Of a stretch of DNA of 64,000 nucleotides, positions 61,601-64,000 are shown piece by piece. The first letter of the stretch is position 1. Each line of letters starts with the position of its first letter. The notes under the pieces were generated by a model. The model had not been told where the DNA came from and did not search any database. It was given only the letters and a program-made list of their open reading frames with translations. A program made the position numbers and the translations under genes. Location of the stretch: the NCBI GenBank assembly GCA_963836205.1, contig CAWIIV010000015.1:192001-256000 (forward strand), written 5' to 3'. This DNA comes from an uncultured Acidimicrobiia bacterium (GTDB taxonomy: Bacteria > Actinomycetota > Acidimicrobiia > Acidimicrobiales > AC-14).

Positions 61601-64000
61601 TCGCCCGAGCCCGAGCTCGACCCGGCGTCGGCGACGGAGCCGCTGTTGGCGCCCGAGTCGACGTCGGCGATACCGGCGCTGTCGCCCGTCCCGCCCGAGT
61701 CGCCCGAATCGCCCGAGTCGCCCGAGCCCGCTGTGCCGCTGAGCACGATGGCCGAGCCGAGGATGCCGCTGTTGGTGGCGGTGCGGTTGCTGATGGAGTC
61801 GCCGCCGGCGCCGGTGGGGCCGGAATCGCCCGAGGCGGCGGTGGGCCGGGCCGAGGCCGAGCTGCTGGCGTCGCCCGTGTCACCGGTGTTGGTGGCGCTG
61901 GCCTGGGCGGTGGACGAACCCGAGCTGCCGGAGATGGCGGTGGGGCTGGCGGTGAGGGAGACGTCGCCGCCGTCGCCGCCGCCCACGTCGATGTTGGCCA
62001 CGCTCGAGCCGCCGGTGGTGGTGGCCACGATGGGGCCGGTGCCGGTGATGCCGTTGGTGGCGGTGCCGGCGGCGCCCGTGACGGCGGTGCCGGTGCCGGC
62101 GTCGCCGCCGTCGCCACCGATGGCGACCATGGTGATCTCGTTGGTGGCGTCGCCGGTGGTGCCGGTGGTGGCGTCGGAGGCGGCGTGGGCGCCGGTGTTG
62201 GCGACCGAACGGACGTCGGCGTCGGCCCTGGCGTCGCCGGTGTTGCCGGAGTCGCCGGAGCCGCCGCTCTGAGCAGCGCCGGTGCCGGGGGCGGTCGCAG
62301 CCAGGATGGCGGTGGCCGAGCCCAGGAGGCCGGTGTTGGTGGCGACGACGTTGGTGGTCGACGAGCCCGAGTTGCCGGAGGCGCCGGAGTTGCCCGAGTG
62401 GGCGACGGGGTCGGACGACGACGAGCTGGCGGCGGGGCCGGTGCGGCCGGTGTTGGTGGCGCTCACCTGCGCGGTGGCGTCGCCCGAGTTCCCGGTGCGG
62501 GCGACCGGGTCGGCGGTGGTGGTGAAGTCGCCCGCGTCGCCACCGGCGCCATCGGCGGCGGCGACGGTGCTGCCGGCGACGGCGGAGGCGTTGATGGTGC
62601 CGGTGCCGCCGAGGGCGTTGGTGGCGATGGCACCCGGGCCGGCGATTGCCGAGGCACTGCCGCCGGTGCCGCCGGAGGTCGGGAAGGCGAGGACGTCGGC
62701 GGTGTTGGCGGCGGTGCCGGTGTCACCGGAGACGGCGTCGGCGGCGGCCCGGGCGCCGGTGTTGGCGGTGGCGTCGGCCAGGCCGTCGGCGTTGGCCCCG
62801 CCGGTGTCGCCGGTGGCGCCCGAGGTGCCGGAGCCGGCGGCGCCGCCGGTGGCGGTGGCCGAGCCGAGGATGCCGTCGTTGGTGGCGGTGACGTCGCTGG
62901 CGGCATTGCCGGTGGCGCCCGAGTTGCCGGAGTTGCCGGAGGTGGCGACCGGGTTGGAGGTGGCCGAGCTGGCGGCGGGGCCGGTGGTGCCCGAGTTGGA
63001 GGCGCTGGCCTGGGCGGTGACGTCACCGGAGTCACCGGAGACGGCGACCGGGTTGACCGAGGTGGTGACGTCGCCACCGTCGCCGCCACCACCGTTGGCG
63101 AGGGCGAGCGACGAGCCGCCGACCACGGTGGCGGAGAGGGTGTCGAACGGACCGGCGACGACGTTGATGGCGGCGCCGGCCGCACCATTGGTGGCGGAGT
63201 CGGCGGTGGCGTCGCCGCCGGCACCGGCCGTGCCGCCGATGCCGACGATCGTCGTGGCGTTGGTGGCGTCGCCCGTATCGCCCGAGACGGCGTCGGCGTC
63301 GGCGTTGGCACCGGTGTTGGCGGTGGAGGGGGCGGTGCCGATCGGCGTCGGCGTCGCCCGATGCCCCGGTACCGCCCGAGCCGCCGCTCGTGGCGCCGCC
63401 GCCGGTGGCGGAGGCGTTGCCGAGGATCGACGGGTTGGTGGCCGTCGTGGTGCTGGAGGCGTTGCCGGTCGGGCCCGAGTTGCCGGAGTTGCCGGAGGTG
63501 GCCGACGGGTTGGAGGTCGACGAGCTGTCGGCGGCACCGGTGTCGCCCGAGTTGTCGGCGCTCGACTGGGCGCTGGCGTTGCCGGAGTTGCCGGTGATGG
63601 CCACCGGGTTGACCGTCACGTCGATCGACCCACCGTCGCCGCCGCTGGCGTCGCTGTCGGAGATCGAGGAGCCGCCGCGGGTGATGGCCGTGACCGAGGC
63701 GGCGTTGCCGGCGACGGTGTTGCCGGCGGCGCCGGCGGCGCCGGACTGCGAGGTGGCGGTGTTTCCGGTGGCGTCGGCGCCGGTGCCACCGAGGGCGGCG
63801 ACCGTGGTGTTGTTGGTGGCGTCGCCGGTGTCGCCCGAGGTGGCATTGGCGTCGGAGTGGGCGCCGGTGTTGGCGACCGAGTCGGCGGTGCCGTCGGCGG
63901 TGGCGCCGCCGGTGGTGCCGGTGCCGCCCGAGCCGCCCGAGGTGGCGGGGCCGCCGGTGGCGGATGCGCTGCCGAGGATGGCCGAGTTGCCGGCGGTGGT
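55620..64000 (-). CDS. Giant G/A/S/T/D-rich repeat surface protein A, 5' end outside the window (more than 2700 aa visible, at least 13 repeats), Gly/Ser linker, S(V/T)ASG module, LARTG-TM-RRRR; frameshifts near 63341, 61223 and 57552; stop position uncertain
   Basis: Frame is open from 64000; same repeat as protein B; C-terminal GALARTGLGADLLLRLAALLLLLGALLLACGRRRR; no in-frame stop before the protein B start (55620 is the nearest stop in another frame). Confidence 0.8.
56501..56563 (-). repeat. Perfect 18-bp tandem repeat x3.5 encoding LGAAES
   Basis: tgccccaagcgactcggc x3 plus tgccccaag. Confidence 0.92.

Noticed and set aside
42836-63597. Very long Pro/Val/Ala-rich + strand ORFs (42836-47884, 48572-51076, 51518-55558, 59023-61002 and others)
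   Set aside because: Mirror frames of the giant - strand genes; the signal peptide, Shine-Dalgarno and sortase signals are all on the - strand.
42866-64000. Assignment as PE_PGRS, collagen, RTX, ice-nucleation protein or chaplin
   Set aside because: Protein B has a Sec-type signal rather than a PE domain; Gly-X-X runs are only a few triplets long; no GGxGxDxUx nonamers, no AGYGSTxT octamers, and no recognisable chaplin domain.

Overview
High-GC actinobacterial chromosome window. The bcc-aa3 respiratory genes, DUF3151, PknG-like kinase and LAxTG sorting motifs indicate Actinomycetota; Acidimicrobiia is plausible but only an inference. From left to right: (1) a PknG-like Ser/Thr kinase operon; (2) a divergent, translationally coupled P-loop ATPase + TPR-repeat gene pair; (3) housekeeping genes, interrupted by a more AT-rich three-gene cassette encoding a histidine kinase, a receiver protein with no HTH, and a cytoplasmic ComEC-type MBL hydrolase (candidate phosphorelay-gated nuclease/defence system); (4) a NahK-like sugar kinase and a clan GH-D-like glycosidase directly behind two large Ig-repeat adhesins; (5) convergent ctaCDF and ctaE-qcrCAB; (6) more than 21 kb encoding two giant Gly/Ala/Ser/Thr/Asp-rich proteins built from a ~180-aa repeat, plus a small stand-alone protein. 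All three proteins in (6) end in the same 12-residue-periodic, Cys-capped module followed by an LAxTG sortase signal (candidate novel surface fibre/amyloid-like system). Six single-base frameshifts split the three largest genes and are most likely long-read errors. I saw no rRNA, tRNA, CRISPR array, transposase or integrase. Repeat counts are manual and no database searches were run.
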